DNA of 58,400 nt. Source: an uncultured Bdellovibrionales bacterium (GTDB lineage Bacteria > Bdellovibrionota_C > UBA2361 > SZUA-149 > CAYMWO01). Below the pieces are notes generated by a model. The model was not told where the DNA came from. It did no database searches and was given only the letters and a program-made list of their open reading frames with translations. The DNA lies in contig CAYMWO010000002.1 of assembly GCA_964393905.1 (NCBI GenBank), positions 1-58,400 on the forward strand, written 5' to 3'. How positions within the stretch are numbered: position 1 is the first letter of the stretch; each line of letters starts with the position of its first letter. A program made the position numbers and the translations under genes. Shown here in pieces: positions 27,565 to 37,556 of this stretch.

Positions 27565-28338
27565 CTATTTTCTACAAATTCCAAAAAGTCTCTCGGCGTT
27601 CAGAGTAGTGCAGGCAGCCACCTCATCTAAGGAGACCCCCTTTACCTCGGAAACCTTGAGAGCGACCTGATATACATGCATCGGCTCACTCTCCTTTCCC
27701 CTAAAAGGCTCTGGGGCCATATAGGGCATATCCGTCTCAAGCATCATCTGACTCAAGGGAATATTCTTTACCGTTTCGCGAAGCTCCGTGGCCTTCTTAA
27801 AGGTAATATTGCCTGTAAAGGAGACGAGGAAATTCTCATCTGCGAGCTTTTTGGCAAACTCGGCGTCTTCTGAGTAACAGTGAAATACGCCACCTACTTC
27901 CTTCGCGTTCTCTTCACGAATGACCTTAAGCGTATCCGCCGCCGCGCTTCGGCAATGAATGATTAGAGGTTTTCGATGGTTTTTTGCAAAGGCAATCGTG
28001 TTCCGAAACAGCGCGAGTTGTAAATCAAAAGGGGACCAGTCACGAAAGTAATCCAATCCGGTCTCACCGACCGCCACTACTTTTGGATGTGCCGCGAGCT
28101 TTTCGAGTTGTTCTAGGCTCCGTTCTTTTTCTGCATCATGAGGATGAATTCCGATACTGGCCCAAACATCAGGAAACTCTTCGGCCAGCGCCACTGCTCC
28201 TGATGCGGAGGCTGCGCCATCCCCGGCTCCGATACAAACGAAGCGTTTTACCCCAACCCGCGCAGCGTTCGAGAGAATTTGAGGAAGCAGTTCCTGGTTA
28301 GCGTAGGTTAAGTGACAATGGGTGTCGACTAGCTCCAT
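27565..28338 (-). CDS. tatD: TatD family metal-dependent hydrolase/DNase
   Basis: 257 aa. It has the N-terminal VDTHCHL motif, GETGLDY, and the later HCR and ETDMPY motifs. Confidence 0.85.
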   Translation of the reverse strand: MELVDTHCHLTYANQELLPQILSNAARVGVKRFVCIGAGDGAASASGAVALAEEFPDVWASIGIHPHDAEKERSLEQLEKLAAHPKVVAVGETGLDYFRDWSPFDLQLALFRNTIAFAKNHRKPLIIHCRSAAADTLKVIREENAKEVGGVFHCYSEDAEFAKKLADENFLVSFTGNITFKKATELRETVKNIPLSQMMLETDMPYMAPEPFRGKESEPMHVYQVALKVSEVKGVSLDEVAACTTLNAERLFGICRK

Positions 28339-28341
28339 GGA

Positions 28342-30330
28342 CTATTTAATCTTCGACCCAGGGGCCAGCGCGGCACCAACGGAGACCAGTTCGAGATTTC
28401 CGGAATCATCGCTTGCAGCGAGCACCATGCCAAAGCTCTCGTTGCCCATGAGCTTTGCGGGCTTAAGGTTAGTAACCACTGCCACCTTCCTTCCGACCAG
28501 CTCCTCAGCTTTGTAGAACTTTGCGATGCCGGCAATAATCTGACGAGGCCCAGTGCTGTCGCCAACATCGACCTGAAGCTTAATCAGCTTCTCAGATTTT
28601 ACAATCTGCTCGGCGGCCATAATTTGCCCGACCCGAAGTTCAACCTTAGAAAACTCGTCATAACTGATTAGACCGTCACTAGCGGGAGTGGTTTCTGCTG
28701 GGAGCTGTGCATTCACTTTTTTCTTGTCCTGTGGTTTTGCTGAATTACTTTTTTCAATTTCAATTCTGGGAAATAATGTCTCGCCTTGTTCTACCAACTG
28801 CTTTGATGGCAGACCGGCCCAGGTCGTGACGGAGCTCAACTGTTGCTGTTTAAGCAGCTCTGCGGGAGCGAACCCGAGAAATTTAAGGATTCGCGATGAG
28901 GTGTCCGGCATAAAAGGTGAAATTAAAGAGGCGATTACCCGAATACATTCAAGTTGATAATAAAGTGCGGTATCCAATCGCGCCTTATCTGCAGCAGAGC
29001 TTGCCTCGTTCTTAGCCAGCGCCCAGGGCTTGGTGCGGTCGATATAAACATTGGCCGCGTCAACAACCAGCCATATCTTTTCGAGTGCTCGGCTAATTTC
29101 AAGCTTCTGGATGTGAGAGATAACCTCATTTGGCAAGCTAACGGTGGCAGTTCTAAGCTCAGTATCAAGCTCGCTTTCGCCGTCCGGGGTTGGGACCACC
29201 CCGTTTCGGTACTTATGCACCATCGCCAATGACCGGCTCACAAGGTTTCCGAGGTTGTTAGCGAGATCTGCGTTGTAGCGGGTCTCTAACGAATCAAAGT
29301 TAAATGTCCCATCAAGACCGAAAGTCATCTCGCGAAAGATAAAATAACGGAAGACATCCATCCCGAACCGCTTTTTGACTTCAAGAGGGTCAACTACGTT
29401 CCCCAAGCTCTTGGACATCTTCCCCGTCGGGGTCACCCAGTAGCCGTGAACATTTAAGTGCTTAAAAAGCGGAAGCCCTGCCGCCATTAGCATAGTTGGC
29501 CAGAAGACACCGTGTGGTTTAATAATATCCTTGGCTGTGAAATGCTCGCAGACAGGCCAGAATTTCTCAAAGTTCTCGCCCTTTGGAAAATCAATCCCCG
29601 AGAGATAGTTTATTAGCGCATCAAACCAAACATAGGTAACGTAGCTTTTATCAAACGGCAGTTCTATGCCCCACGTAAGCCTGGTTTTAGGTCGCGAGAT
29701 GCAGAGATCCTCAAGTGGCTCCCGCAACATCGCCAAGACTTCGTTCTTGTAGCGCTCAGGGCGGATAAAGTCCGGAGCGATGGTCGTGATGTGTTCAATT
29801 AGACGTTCACGATATTTCTCCATTTTGAAGAAATAGTTTTTCTCCTCGACGTATTGTGGGACCGTTTGATGATCGGGACATTTGCCATCGACAAGCTCTT
29901 TGTCCGTGAGAAATCGTTCGCAGCCAACGCAATAGTTGCCACCATATTCTCCGAAATAGATGTCACCCTGGTTATATATTTGTTGTAGAAGGCCGGTTAC
30001 AACTTGCTTATGACTCTCCTCTGTAGTGCGGATGAATCGGTCGTATTTCAAATCAAGCTCACCCCAAGTGCGCTTGAAGAGGTCGCTTACCTCGTCGGTA
30101 AACTGCTGCGGAGTTTTACCAGCTGCCTCCGCAGCCTGTTGAACTTTGTCTCCGTGTTCATCGGTGCCAGTTAGAAAAAAAGTCTCGTATCCACAATATT
30201 TGTAAAACCTGTTTAGAGAGTCGGCCAGAGTGGTGGTGTAGGTATTCCCTAAATGGGGATGCCCGTTAGCATAATAGATTGGAGTCGTGACGTAGTAACG
30301 GCTCGGTTGTAGCGTTTTGGTTTTTGTCAC
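28342..30330 (-). CDS. metG: Methionine--tRNA ligase with a C-terminal tRNA-binding (EMAP/Trbp111-like) domain
   Basis: 662 aa with a GTG start. The HIGH-type motif is HPHLGNTYT and KMSKS is present. The zinc knuckle is CVGCERF...CPDH. The C-terminal stretch FSKVELRVGQIMAAE...IAGIAKFY is also present. Confidence 0.95.
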   Translation of the reverse strand: MTKTKTLQPSRYYVTTPIYYANGHPHLGNTYTTTLADSLNRFYKYCGYETFFLTGTDEHGDKVQQAAEAAGKTPQQFTDEVSDLFKRTWGELDLKYDRFIRTTEESHKQVVTGLLQQIYNQGDIYFGEYGGNYCVGCERFLTDKELVDGKCPDHQTVPQYVEEKNYFFKMEKYRERLIEHITTIAPDFIRPERYKNEVLAMLREPLEDLCISRPKTRLTWGIELPFDKSYVTYVWFDALINYLSGIDFPKGENFEKFWPVCEHFTAKDIIKPHGVFWPTMLMAAGLPLFKHLNVHGYWVTPTGKMSKSLGNVVDPLEVKKRFGMDVFRYFIFREMTFGLDGTFNFDSLETRYNADLANNLGNLVSRSLAMVHKYRNGVVPTPDGESELDTELRTATVSLPNEVISHIQKLEISRALEKIWLVVDAANVYIDRTKPWALAKNEASSAADKARLDTALYYQLECIRVIASLISPFMPDTSSRILKFLGFAPAELLKQQQLSSVTTWAGLPSKQLVEQGETLFPRIEIEKSNSAKPQDKKKVNAQLPAETTPASDGLISYDEFSKVELRVGQIMAAEQIVKSEKLIKLQVDVGDSTGPRQIIAGIAKFYKAEELVGRKVAVVTNLKPAKLMGNESFGMVLAASDDSGNLELVSVGAALAPGSKIK

Positions 30331-30420
30331 GTGTTAATGCGAGTTAGAAATCCTAAGTCCTGCGAAATATTGTGTCTGGAAGTTAGCGATATCGACTAAT
30401 TTTGTAAAGAGTGGGGGAGG

Positions 30421-31485
30421 TTAGTTGGTGCGAAGCTCTAGGGCTTGCTCAGCGATATCCCCACTTTTAAGAAAGAGTGAGGTCAGTTGCAAGACATTGC
30501 TGGCATTTCGCTCGCGAATACTCTGCTCAGCAAATATGCACTGAGTGAGTAAGGAAGACCAGCTGCTGACAGACTCTGGAGCGGCCTTGCGAATGGCGTT
30601 TCGCAGTTCGAGTTGAAAAACTCTCCAAAAGAGCGGGTTAAATTCCTTATCCTCACAAAATGAAGAGGCTGAGGAGATGAGGTCCGTAAGTGGCAGAGGC
30701 GGCGTAGAGTTTGCTGCGACTATGTTCCGGAGTTTGCTTCGTAATGCACTAACCTCCGCAGATTTCTTCTCCAATTCGTCTTTAAATACATCGCGATCAA
30801 TTAGCTCTCCTGTGGCCCGATTTAAGAAACGCTGCATCTGTAACGGTTCGAGCGAGCCGTCTAGTGCTGAGACAAGCCTTTCGATGTCAGGAATCGAGTC
30901 GATGGGCAATCCTAATAAGCGCTCAAAAATCTGAACTATGTAAGCCGGGGTTAAGCGCGAAAAATTTATTATCTGGCAGCGCGATAAGATTGTTGCAGGT
31001 AGCCGATGCGAAGCATCTGTTACGAGGATGATAAAGCTATTTGCTGACGGTTCTTCCAGAGTCATGAGCAGAGCGTTACTTGCAGCGAGGCTCATGCGGT
31101 GCGCGTCGTTAATTAGGGCAACGGTAGCCGAAGAGAGGTAGGATTTTAGGTGAAGTTTGCTAGTCAACTCGCGCACGCTATCGACAGGGATGTCCTTTTG
31201 CCCCTCCTCAATTGCAAGAGTGTGTAGGTCCGGATGTGTGCCACTTAGGGCAAAGCGCAGATGATCTTCGCCTCCGCCCGAGAGGGGGTTCCCAGTTGCA
31301 GAATAGCTTTGTAGTAGCTCTGCCGCGAAAGCTCGGGCCGTATGAAATTTGCCAACTCCGTCAGGTCCAGAGAACAAAAGGGCATGGGGCACTAGCTTAC
31401 GCTTAAGAAGATTGCGCAGGTGTTGTATCGCACCATCTTGTCCTATGACCGTTGCTAAGGGATCTCGTGCGTCGGAGGATTCCAT
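30421..31485 (-). CDS. holB: DNA polymerase III delta' subunit
   Basis: 354 aa. It carries HALLFSGPDGVGKFHTARAFAAELL, LEEPSANSFIILVT and SRCQIINF. It sits in the conserved tmk-holB context. Confidence 0.8.
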   Translation of the reverse strand: MESSDARDPLATVIGQDGAIQHLRNLLKRKLVPHALLFSGPDGVGKFHTARAFAAELLQSYSATGNPLSGGGEDHLRFALSGTHPDLHTLAIEEGQKDIPVDSVRELTSKLHLKSYLSSATVALINDAHRMSLAASNALLMTLEEPSANSFIILVTDASHRLPATILSRCQIINFSRLTPAYIVQIFERLLGLPIDSIPDIERLVSALDGSLEPLQMQRFLNRATGELIDRDVFKDELEKKSAEVSALRSKLRNIVAANSTPPLPLTDLISSASSFCEDKEFNPLFWRVFQLELRNAIRKAAPESVSSWSSLLTQCIFAEQSIRERNASNVLQLTSLFLKSGDIAEQALELRTN

Positions 31486-31487
31486 GA

Positions 31488-32171
31488 TTACTTCTTTAAG
31501 AATTTTTTGAGATGACCAATTGCCAGTTCGGCCACGGTGTCTGCGTCTTCTGCGGCCGGGATGACTTGAAAGTTATTGGCTGGAATTTTTGCTAACTCCA
31601 AAAAACCATTTCGCACTCGGCGATGGAACTCAAGCGGTTCTTCTTCAAAGCGATTCCAAGAGGTTGAAACCGCACCTCTTCCCGCCATCAGCTCCTGAGG
31701 ATTGAAGCTACCGGTGGCCTTTTCCGTGCGTTTCTGCGCCCGACTCAATCCAGTTTCCGGATCTAAGTCTAAAAGCAGGACGAGTCCCGGGGCGACTCCG
31801 CGGGTGGTGACTTGGTTTAAGAGTTTTAGTGTTTCGAGATCGATACCGCGCCCATATCCCTGATAGGCAAGCGTTGAATGGATAAAGCGATCGCAGATCA
31901 CGAGCGCGCCGCGCGCCAGAGCTGGGTTGATAATCTCTGCGATATGTTGGGCTCTATCGGAGGCGAAAAGCATCAGCTCAGCAACTGAGTCGATTTTGCC
32001 GTTAGCTGAGTCGAGCAAGATATTGCGCAGGGTTTTACCAAGATTTGTCGCACCCGGTTCGCGGGTGAGAACTACATCTTCATTTAATTCTCGCGCAGCA
32101 TCCGCAATCCGGGCTCGGAGGGTAGATTTCCCCGAACCTTCAATTCCTTCTAAAGAGATAAATCCTGGCAT
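31488..32171 (-). CDS. tmk: Thymidylate kinase
   Basis: The track ORF extends to 32228. The ATG at 32169-32171 gives MPGFISLEGIEGSGKST, with the P-loop at the N-terminus. DRFIHSTLAYQG is also present. Confidence 0.9.
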   Translation of the reverse strand: MPGFISLEGIEGSGKSTLRARIADAARELNEDVVLTREPGATNLGKTLRNILLDSANGKIDSVAELMLFASDRAQHIAEIINPALARGALVICDRFIHSTLAYQGYGRGIDLETLKLLNQVTTRGVAPGLVLLLDLDPETGLSRAQKRTEKATGSFNPQELMAGRGAVSTSWNRFEEEPLEFHRRVRNGFLELAKIPANNFQVIPAAEDADTVAELAIGHLKKFLKK

Positions 32172-32288
32172 GAAAGCTACTCCTAGAGTTTTCCCATTCG
32201 AGGAGCATAGAAGAATAGGCACGGGCAATCAAGCTGTGAGCAAGCTAATAGATGCAACTAGGAGTTTGAGCTTAGAACTTAAGGAATC

Positions 32289-32669
32289 TTAAGAATATCC
32301 CAAGATTAGCTTAATTCCAGCAAGCAGCTGACGAGTCGTAAAAGGCTTGGTGATATAATACTCCACACCATAATCCTTGTATCCGGTGATTAGATCTTCC
32401 GGCTCAGCTTTTGCAGTGAGCATAATCACTGGGATGTTTTGCGTTTCGGGCTTTTGTTTCATGTGAACGACTACATCGTAACCACTCATCTCTGGCATCA
32501 TGATGTCTAAGATAATTAGAGCAGGAGCGTAGGTCTTGAGTTTTTCTAAGGCCGATTTTCCGCTCGGGCAATCCTCAACCTCGAATCCATTACTTGTGAG
32601 AATTGTTCTAACAACCGCTCGACTATCATCATCATCGTCGACTATGAGTATCGATCTATTCTGTGACAT
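32289..32669 (-). CDS. Single-domain response regulator (CheY-like receiver), canonical acceptor Asp
   Basis: 126 aa. It has ILIVDDDDD, LIILDIMMPEMSG, PVIMLTA and YITKPF. Confidence 0.85.
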   Translation of the reverse strand: MSQNRSILIVDDDDDSRAVVRTILTSNGFEVEDCPSGKSALEKLKTYAPALIILDIMMPEMSGYDVVVHMKQKPETQNIPVIMLTAKAEPEDLITGYKDYGVEYYITKPFTTRQLLAGIKLILGYS

Positions 32670-33007
32670 GTGCCCCGTCTAACCCTAACGTCCCGTGATA
32701 AAGAACTTATGCGGGGATTATAGCTTTATCGCTAGAGGCAAAGCATTTCCCCGTCTCTCTCCTTATCGGCTACAATTTGGAGCCCCATTACAGGTGATAT
32801 CCAAGGGGAATTGAGTAGATAAAAATCTCTGTAATATTAGGTAGTTGACATAATCTTGGAGCTTCAGGTCCTCTTAGGGAGCCCCGATGGGAACTCGGTA
32901 GGATAACTATTATCTCCGATAACTTGTCCTAATATATGAGGTTTTGCTATAAGGTGCGGCTCTCAAATATCAAATTTGAGGAACCACATTGGAGCGTTAG
33001 TTTAGAG

Positions 33008-33160
33008 ATGCGCGAGAAAATTAAATTACAGTCTTCAGCTGGCACAGGTCACTTCTATACGACCGACAAGAACAAGCGAACAAAGACTGAGAAGATTGAG
33101 ATCAAGAAGTATGATCCAGTTGCTCGTAAGCACGTGATTTACAAAGAGTCGAAGATCTAA
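33008..33160 (+). CDS. rpmG: 50S ribosomal protein L33
   Basis: The track ORF begins at 32936. The in-frame ATG at 33008 gives a 50-aa protein, [50 protein letters not shown], which is close to E. coli L33. Confidence 0.95.
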   Translation: MREKIKLQSSAGTGHFYTTDKNKRTKTEKIEIKKYDPVARKHVIYKESKI

Positions 33161-34077
33161 AAGGCGTTTCCGCCAACAATCTTTAGAGTTGTCCAAATGG
33201 CTTTGTTTTTTATGACAGAGCAGCCGCGCACCTGATTTTTCTCGATTCCTAATACGTTTTTCCCAGGCTCTTCAATATGTACTTTCAGGGGCTTGATTCC
33301 CAAGGCCGCTATCTCCTCAGTGATCGCTTCCGGCCGCGTTTCTGAATCTGTCAATTCGCCGCTTGCGCATAAAGTCGCATTATTAAGCTCCCCCACTGTG
33401 ACGACTCCCCTTGCTGAATAAAGGGATAGCGTACTAGCGTTTGAGTTTTCCGCTGATAGCTTTTCGATGGAGATATTCCCTCCGGCGATCAGTTCAATCT
33501 CCATTCCATAAGAGTCTGCGAAGCTGAGGGTTTTAATCGTCGCTTCTCCGGGAGTTACGATGATTAACTTTTCTCTCGAGCCCTCTGGGAGTGTTAGTTC
33601 GTCAAGAGATAACTCCCCAAGAAAGTAGGCGCCTGGGGGATGAACTTCGTGATTCCCGGAACATTCCGAACTTAGTTTAGGAAGCTCCTGGCGGCGCCCG
33701 ACCTGGTTCGCTTTAGGGCATGGGATATTGGGCAGAAAACCACGCAACTGTCCCCATTTCGGGAATGGAAATTCGGCAGGCGCACTTTTTGTTAAGTAAC
33801 GGACCCCAGCTGACCGCTCCAATCCAATTTTCTTATTCTCCCAGAGAAAAATGGCCGAGGTTAGTGGCGTAGCTGTTACTAACTCTTTATCGCTTAGTTC
33901 CTTTGCAAATCTTTCGCGCGCTCTTACTTCTTCCTTAAACCCCTTAGTTCTCGAAATAACACCCTCTCCGGTTCTCATAACGCTGGAAAAGAGCAGAGCA
34001 CAGCTCGCCGCCACAACGAGCGAGATAAATAAAAGCCCAACGAAGATAAAACCGAATTCACGATTGACTTCTTTCAT
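33157..34077 (-). CDS. GspK/PilX-like minor pseudopilin candidate
   Basis: 306 aa. The N-terminus [20 protein letters not shown] is pilin-like but lacks Glu+5, as in GspK. It is fourth in an H-I-J-K-sized series and its start overlaps the upstream stop (ATGA). Confidence 0.45.
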   Translation of the reverse strand: MKEVNREFGFIFVGLLFISLVVAASCALLFSSVMRTGEGVISRTKGFKEEVRARERFAKELSDKELVTATPLTSAIFLWENKKIGLERSAGVRYLTKSAPAEFPFPKWGQLRGFLPNIPCPKANQVGRRQELPKLSSECSGNHEVHPPGAYFLGELSLDELTLPEGSREKLIIVTPGEATIKTLSFADSYGMEIELIAGGNISIEKLSAENSNASTLSLYSARGVVTVGELNNATLCASGELTDSETRPEAITEEIAALGIKPLKVHIEEPGKNVLGIEKNQVRGCSVIKNKAIWTTLKIVGGNAF

Positions 34078-34907
34078 CTCAAAATGACCTCGCTGATGTC
34101 GTCTGCAATGTTTGGAGAGTGAGTAGGGGAGAGGGAAGTGGTCAGCTTAGAGATGGTAATATCAAGTAGCCGCTTATTTATATCCCGTTCCTTAATCAGA
34201 AGCGTCTCGAGGTTACGAACAAGGGGTTGGTTCTCCGATGAGATATGCGAGAGTCGTCGAAGTTCATTCTTATTGGAGAGGTAGAGGGAGAAGCTATCGT
34301 TAACCGGTATAATTAATTGAGTTCCTTCCATCAGCTCCGATGGATTTTGGCCGAGCGCAAGAAGTTCTGCGAGTGGGGAGCTGAAAGGTTTAAAAGTTCC
34401 GCTGTAAACCACCCCCTTGGAGCAGCCATTGCCACTTAGGGCAATCTGTTTGACACGCCCCTCGATAAGGCTTGCTCCCTCATGCCCGACACCAAGAAAA
34501 TGCTCGGCAATCTCTCCTTCTGCGAACCGGCGACCTCGATCGCATAATAGAATTCTAGCGCTAAAACCTGCGAGAGATCCTATGTCGATGACCTCTGTGA
34601 TGGCATCTTCTCTGTAGTCAATGACAGTAATAGAGTCTGAGCCTGGTTTAATGTCCGCCGGGCGAACCTTATTTACAGACCAGGTTTTTAACGAATAAAT
34701 GCCGTTTGCCCCCTCCAGCGCACGGGAAATAGTCAGCAAAGCAAACTCTTCCTTCGTAACTCCCTCTTCCGCATCAATAACAACTCTCGCGACACGATAG
34801 CTGGTTTGAATTAGCGGAACAGAAAGAGCGCAGATGACGCTCATTAGGGAAAGTGCGACGAGCAGATCCAAAAGTCCTATTCCAAGTTGAGAATTGGCAC
34901 ATCTCAT
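34074..34907 (-). CDS. GspJ/PilW-like minor pseudopilin candidate
   Basis: 277 aa. The N-terminus SQLGIGLLDLLVALSLMSVI has Gly followed by a hydrophobic helix, with Asp at +5. ATGA overlaps occur on both sides. Confidence 0.45.
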   Translation of the reverse strand: MRCANSQLGIGLLDLLVALSLMSVICALSVPLIQTSYRVARVVIDAEEGVTKEEFALLTISRALEGANGIYSLKTWSVNKVRPADIKPGSDSITVIDYREDAITEVIDIGSLAGFSARILLCDRGRRFAEGEIAEHFLGVGHEGASLIEGRVKQIALSGNGCSKGVVYSGTFKPFSSPLAELLALGQNPSELMEGTQLIIPVNDSFSLYLSNKNELRRLSHISSENQPLVRNLETLLIKERDINKRLLDITISKLTTSLSPTHSPNIADDISEVILR

Positions 34908-35230
34908 TGCGCTTCCCCAAATACTAAGAAACGATACGCGGCATCATCGCCGCATCTAAGCGCTTGGTAAGGTGCTATCTGGGTTACTTGCTGACAGCTC
35001 GCCAACGCTTTAGCGGACGAGTTACTTGGATCACTTCCAGCATCTCCCCCATACAGGAGCTCTTCCTGTAACATCGCACCATTTAATGCTTTATTTCGGG
35101 AACCGAGCTCGCCTAATACTCTCAACAACATGCCCTGCTCGCGAATAAGTGCAAACAGGCAGATAGCGAGAATCGAGATGCCAAACAGCAGCTCTAAGGT
35201 AAAATTTCCCGTTTGCGCTTTGCTGATCAT
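34904..35230 (-). CDS. GspI-like minor pseudopilin candidate
   Basis: 108 aa. The N-terminus AQTGNFTLELLFGISILAI is prepilin-like, with G|NFTLE giving Glu at +5. ATGA overlaps occur on both sides. Confidence 0.5.
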   Translation of the reverse strand: MISKAQTGNFTLELLFGISILAICLFALIREQGMLLRVLGELGSRNKALNGAMLQEELLYGGDAGSDPSNSSAKALASCQQVTQIAPYQALRCGDDAAYRFLVFGEAQ

Positions 35231-35667
35231 TGTTTGCTACTACATTCGATTCGTCTAGCTCCGCGCAGTGCCTGAATTACCGCGCACTCCATCCCGGATG
35301 AATCTCGAACTGTCACTTTGCCAGGTGAAGCTGAGCCATCGGCTCTAAGGATTAAGGTAGAATTGCGCTTGTCTATTGTTGCAAATCGCACAGCAGAAAT
35401 GGTTGACTTACCAATAAGTGATTGCGCTCTGCCGTTAACAGAAAATGTGGAACTAGTAGGAACAAATTCAACCCTTACATCACCTCTCTCCCTAATTGCC
35501 CTCAGAGCTGACTGCTCCAATACTCGCATCAGCTCACTGGCACTAGATCTCGCGCCGCGGCCCTGAGCCTCAGATAAATGAAGCGTCGCCATGGTTAGTA
35601 GAATCCCTGTAAGTAGTAAGGTCACCGCCAACTCCAAAAGAGTAAATCCAGATTCAACTTGGCCCAT
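35227..35667 (-). CDS. GspH/FimT-like pseudopilin with a canonical prepilin cleavage/methylation motif
   Basis: 146 aa. It begins MGQVESGFTLLELAVTLLLTGILL, which is the G|FTLLE class III signal. It is the first gene of the four-gene overlapping set. Confidence 0.65.
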   Translation of the reverse strand: MGQVESGFTLLELAVTLLLTGILLTMATLHLSEAQGRGARSSASELMRVLEQSALRAIRERGDVRVEFVPTSSTFSVNGRAQSLIGKSTISAVRFATIDKRNSTLILRADGSASPGKVTVRDSSGMECAVIQALRGARRIECSSKQ

Positions 35668-35682
35668 ATTTCCACCGTATAT

Positions 35683-35700
35683 TGTTTGTCGTTACAAACA
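35683..35700. repeat. Perfect 7-bp inverted repeat TGTTTGT-CGTT-ACAAACA, lying 16-33 nt upstream of the pseudopilin operon start
   Basis: Read directly from the sequence at 35683-35689 and 35694-35700. It could be an operator or a 5'-UTR hairpin. The function is unproven. Confidence 0.3.
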
Positions 35701-35789
35701 CCTATTCGGCCATTTCCTGAGAATGTTGCCTATCGGAAGAGAGAAATATGGAGCAATGGAAGGAATAGAGGAGCGGAATGGCCCGGAGG

Positions 35790-37556
35790 CTATTTAGAAG
35801 GTAACCCACCGGGAAGTGTCGGAAGGGTATTGTTTATGAGCCCCACGACGTAACGGAATATTCTGCGGGCATCGAAGGCCAGAGCCCCGTCCTCTCCGCA
35901 ATCTGCGTAAAGTACTACCGGTGTTGAGTTCTCCACATTTAAGGGGGAGATTGCATACGAGGTAATACCGAGTGGTGAAAGGAGATCTTGTAGCCCCTTA
36001 GCATTAAAAGATTTTACATTTGTGAGACAGTTAATCACGGGGGAGAGTGGATCGTTTAGCGAGATTTCTGAACCATCCCTAAGTCCGTCTCCAACGGCGG
36101 TGTGAATTGTGGCAGACCTGCGATCAGAGCCGAGAACAATCAGCGCAGCCCGAGCGAAAGGCCCGTCGCAGATTAGCTTATCAAGAAGGTGCCTTAACAA
36201 CTCTTCTGCGGATTCCGCATCAGAACAGAGCTCACAAAACTCAGCGAGAACAGCTTGCGCCTTGTCTGTATGAAGCTGAGGGGTGTCGTCAAATTCTGGA
36301 TCCTTCTCTACGTATTGGATAGACTTCTCTTTACTCGCATCCATGCTGCTATAAGCGAAGCTCTCCCATTTCGAATCAGCCTTTACAGGGGCCAGGGTTT
36401 CGGCGTCATTGCCGGGAGCGGAAGCAGCATTAGCGGCGTTACGGGCGGCCTCCGTCTCAGAAACGGGACCATTAAATGAAAGAATTATTGTTCTATCATC
36501 AAGTAGGGAGAGCTGACCGACAGCATCTTCTAAACTGGGAAGGGAGTTTTCCTTTATAGCATCGGCCTTGTGCTGCCCCTCTTTGCCGGCTTCCTGCGGT
36601 CCAATATTTGCTCCTCCAAGAGTCGGGCGGATGGAACTCATTGTGCCTGAGCCATCAAGCTGACGCTGACGGAATCCATTTAGGTATTCGGTGCAAAGGT
36701 GGTATAGGTTTTCGTAGCGAGGGTCGCTCAGTTGTAAGAGTCGTATCGAACTCTGACTTGGAAGCTTTGTGCCGGGAGCGTATTTCTCCCACTTCCCATG
36801 GTCAAACGCATCCACCAATTCCTCCGCAGACTCGACAATAAAACGAATGGCGATGCGATCTACGGACTTGGGCGCCTGTTCGCGGTCGAGGGCAAATAGT
36901 AGATTTGCTGGAAATCCTTGTTTCTTTAGATAACGGATGCGCATAGAGCGAACATCAAAATGATGTTCGGTTGCAAGCTTATAATGGAACGAGGCTCGGC
37001 TCAGGCGCGAGGAGAGTTCTACATATTTCTGCCGAAAATGTAAGCAGGCAATCAGCTGCCCCATTACCGACATGGCCCCAACAACAGCCGCGTCGTCCGC
37101 AAATTCTTTGTAGCTATTCTCCGAAATAATTTTTGCCACACCGGCGATGCGTCTACCTAAGGTGCGCAATGTCTCAAACGATTGGCTGACGCTTATCTCA
37201 GTAATTGGATTGCGCTGAACAAGGTGCTCGATAATGTCCTCTACGTTTGCAGAGCCCAGGCGAACGACTGCAGTTCGTGGAGTAGTAATAGGAGGCCGGT
37301 CGCCAGCGGAGAACATCGCGTTAGCAACTCGCAAGACCTCTAAGAGAATTACCGGATCTTTCGAGATACAGCTAACTAGCTCGTCAATCCTCAGGTTAGT
37401 GTCTGATACCAAGACCCGAGCCCTGTTTAAGACTGATACCTGAGCAGGCATAAGAAGTGAAAGTGGAGAGCCGCCTGGCGAACTGGAATTATCCGCGCTG
37501 AGTTCGTGCGCGGCAATCTTATCGCCTCCGCGTCCTGTATCTGAATTCTTTGACAT
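35790..37556 (-). CDS. HDOD domain signalling protein with a long linker and a C-terminal GAF-like region
   Basis: The track starts at the GTG at 37595. I prefer the ATG at 37556, with GGAG 7 nt upstream. The HDOD-type stretch is IDELVSCISKDPVILLEVLRVANAMFSAG...VVRLGSANVEDII. The C-terminal ~150 aa are alpha/beta and sensor-like. Confidence 0.6.
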   Translation of the reverse strand: MSKNSDTGRGGDKIAAHELSADNSSSPGGSPLSLLMPAQVSVLNRARVLVSDTNLRIDELVSCISKDPVILLEVLRVANAMFSAGDRPPITTPRTAVVRLGSANVEDIIEHLVQRNPITEISVSQSFETLRTLGRRIAGVAKIISENSYKEFADDAAVVGAMSVMGQLIACLHFRQKYVELSSRLSRASFHYKLATEHHFDVRSMRIRYLKKQGFPANLLFALDREQAPKSVDRIAIRFIVESAEELVDAFDHGKWEKYAPGTKLPSQSSIRLLQLSDPRYENLYHLCTEYLNGFRQRQLDGSGTMSSIRPTLGGANIGPQEAGKEGQHKADAIKENSLPSLEDAVGQLSLLDDRTIILSFNGPVSETEAARNAANAASAPGNDAETLAPVKADSKWESFAYSSMDASKEKSIQYVEKDPEFDDTPQLHTDKAQAVLAEFCELCSDAESAEELLRHLLDKLICDGPFARAALIVLGSDRRSATIHTAVGDGLRDGSEISLNDPLSPVINCLTNVKSFNAKGLQDLLSPLGITSYAISPLNVENSTPVVLYADCGEDGALAFDARRIFRYVVGLINNTLPTLPGGLPSK

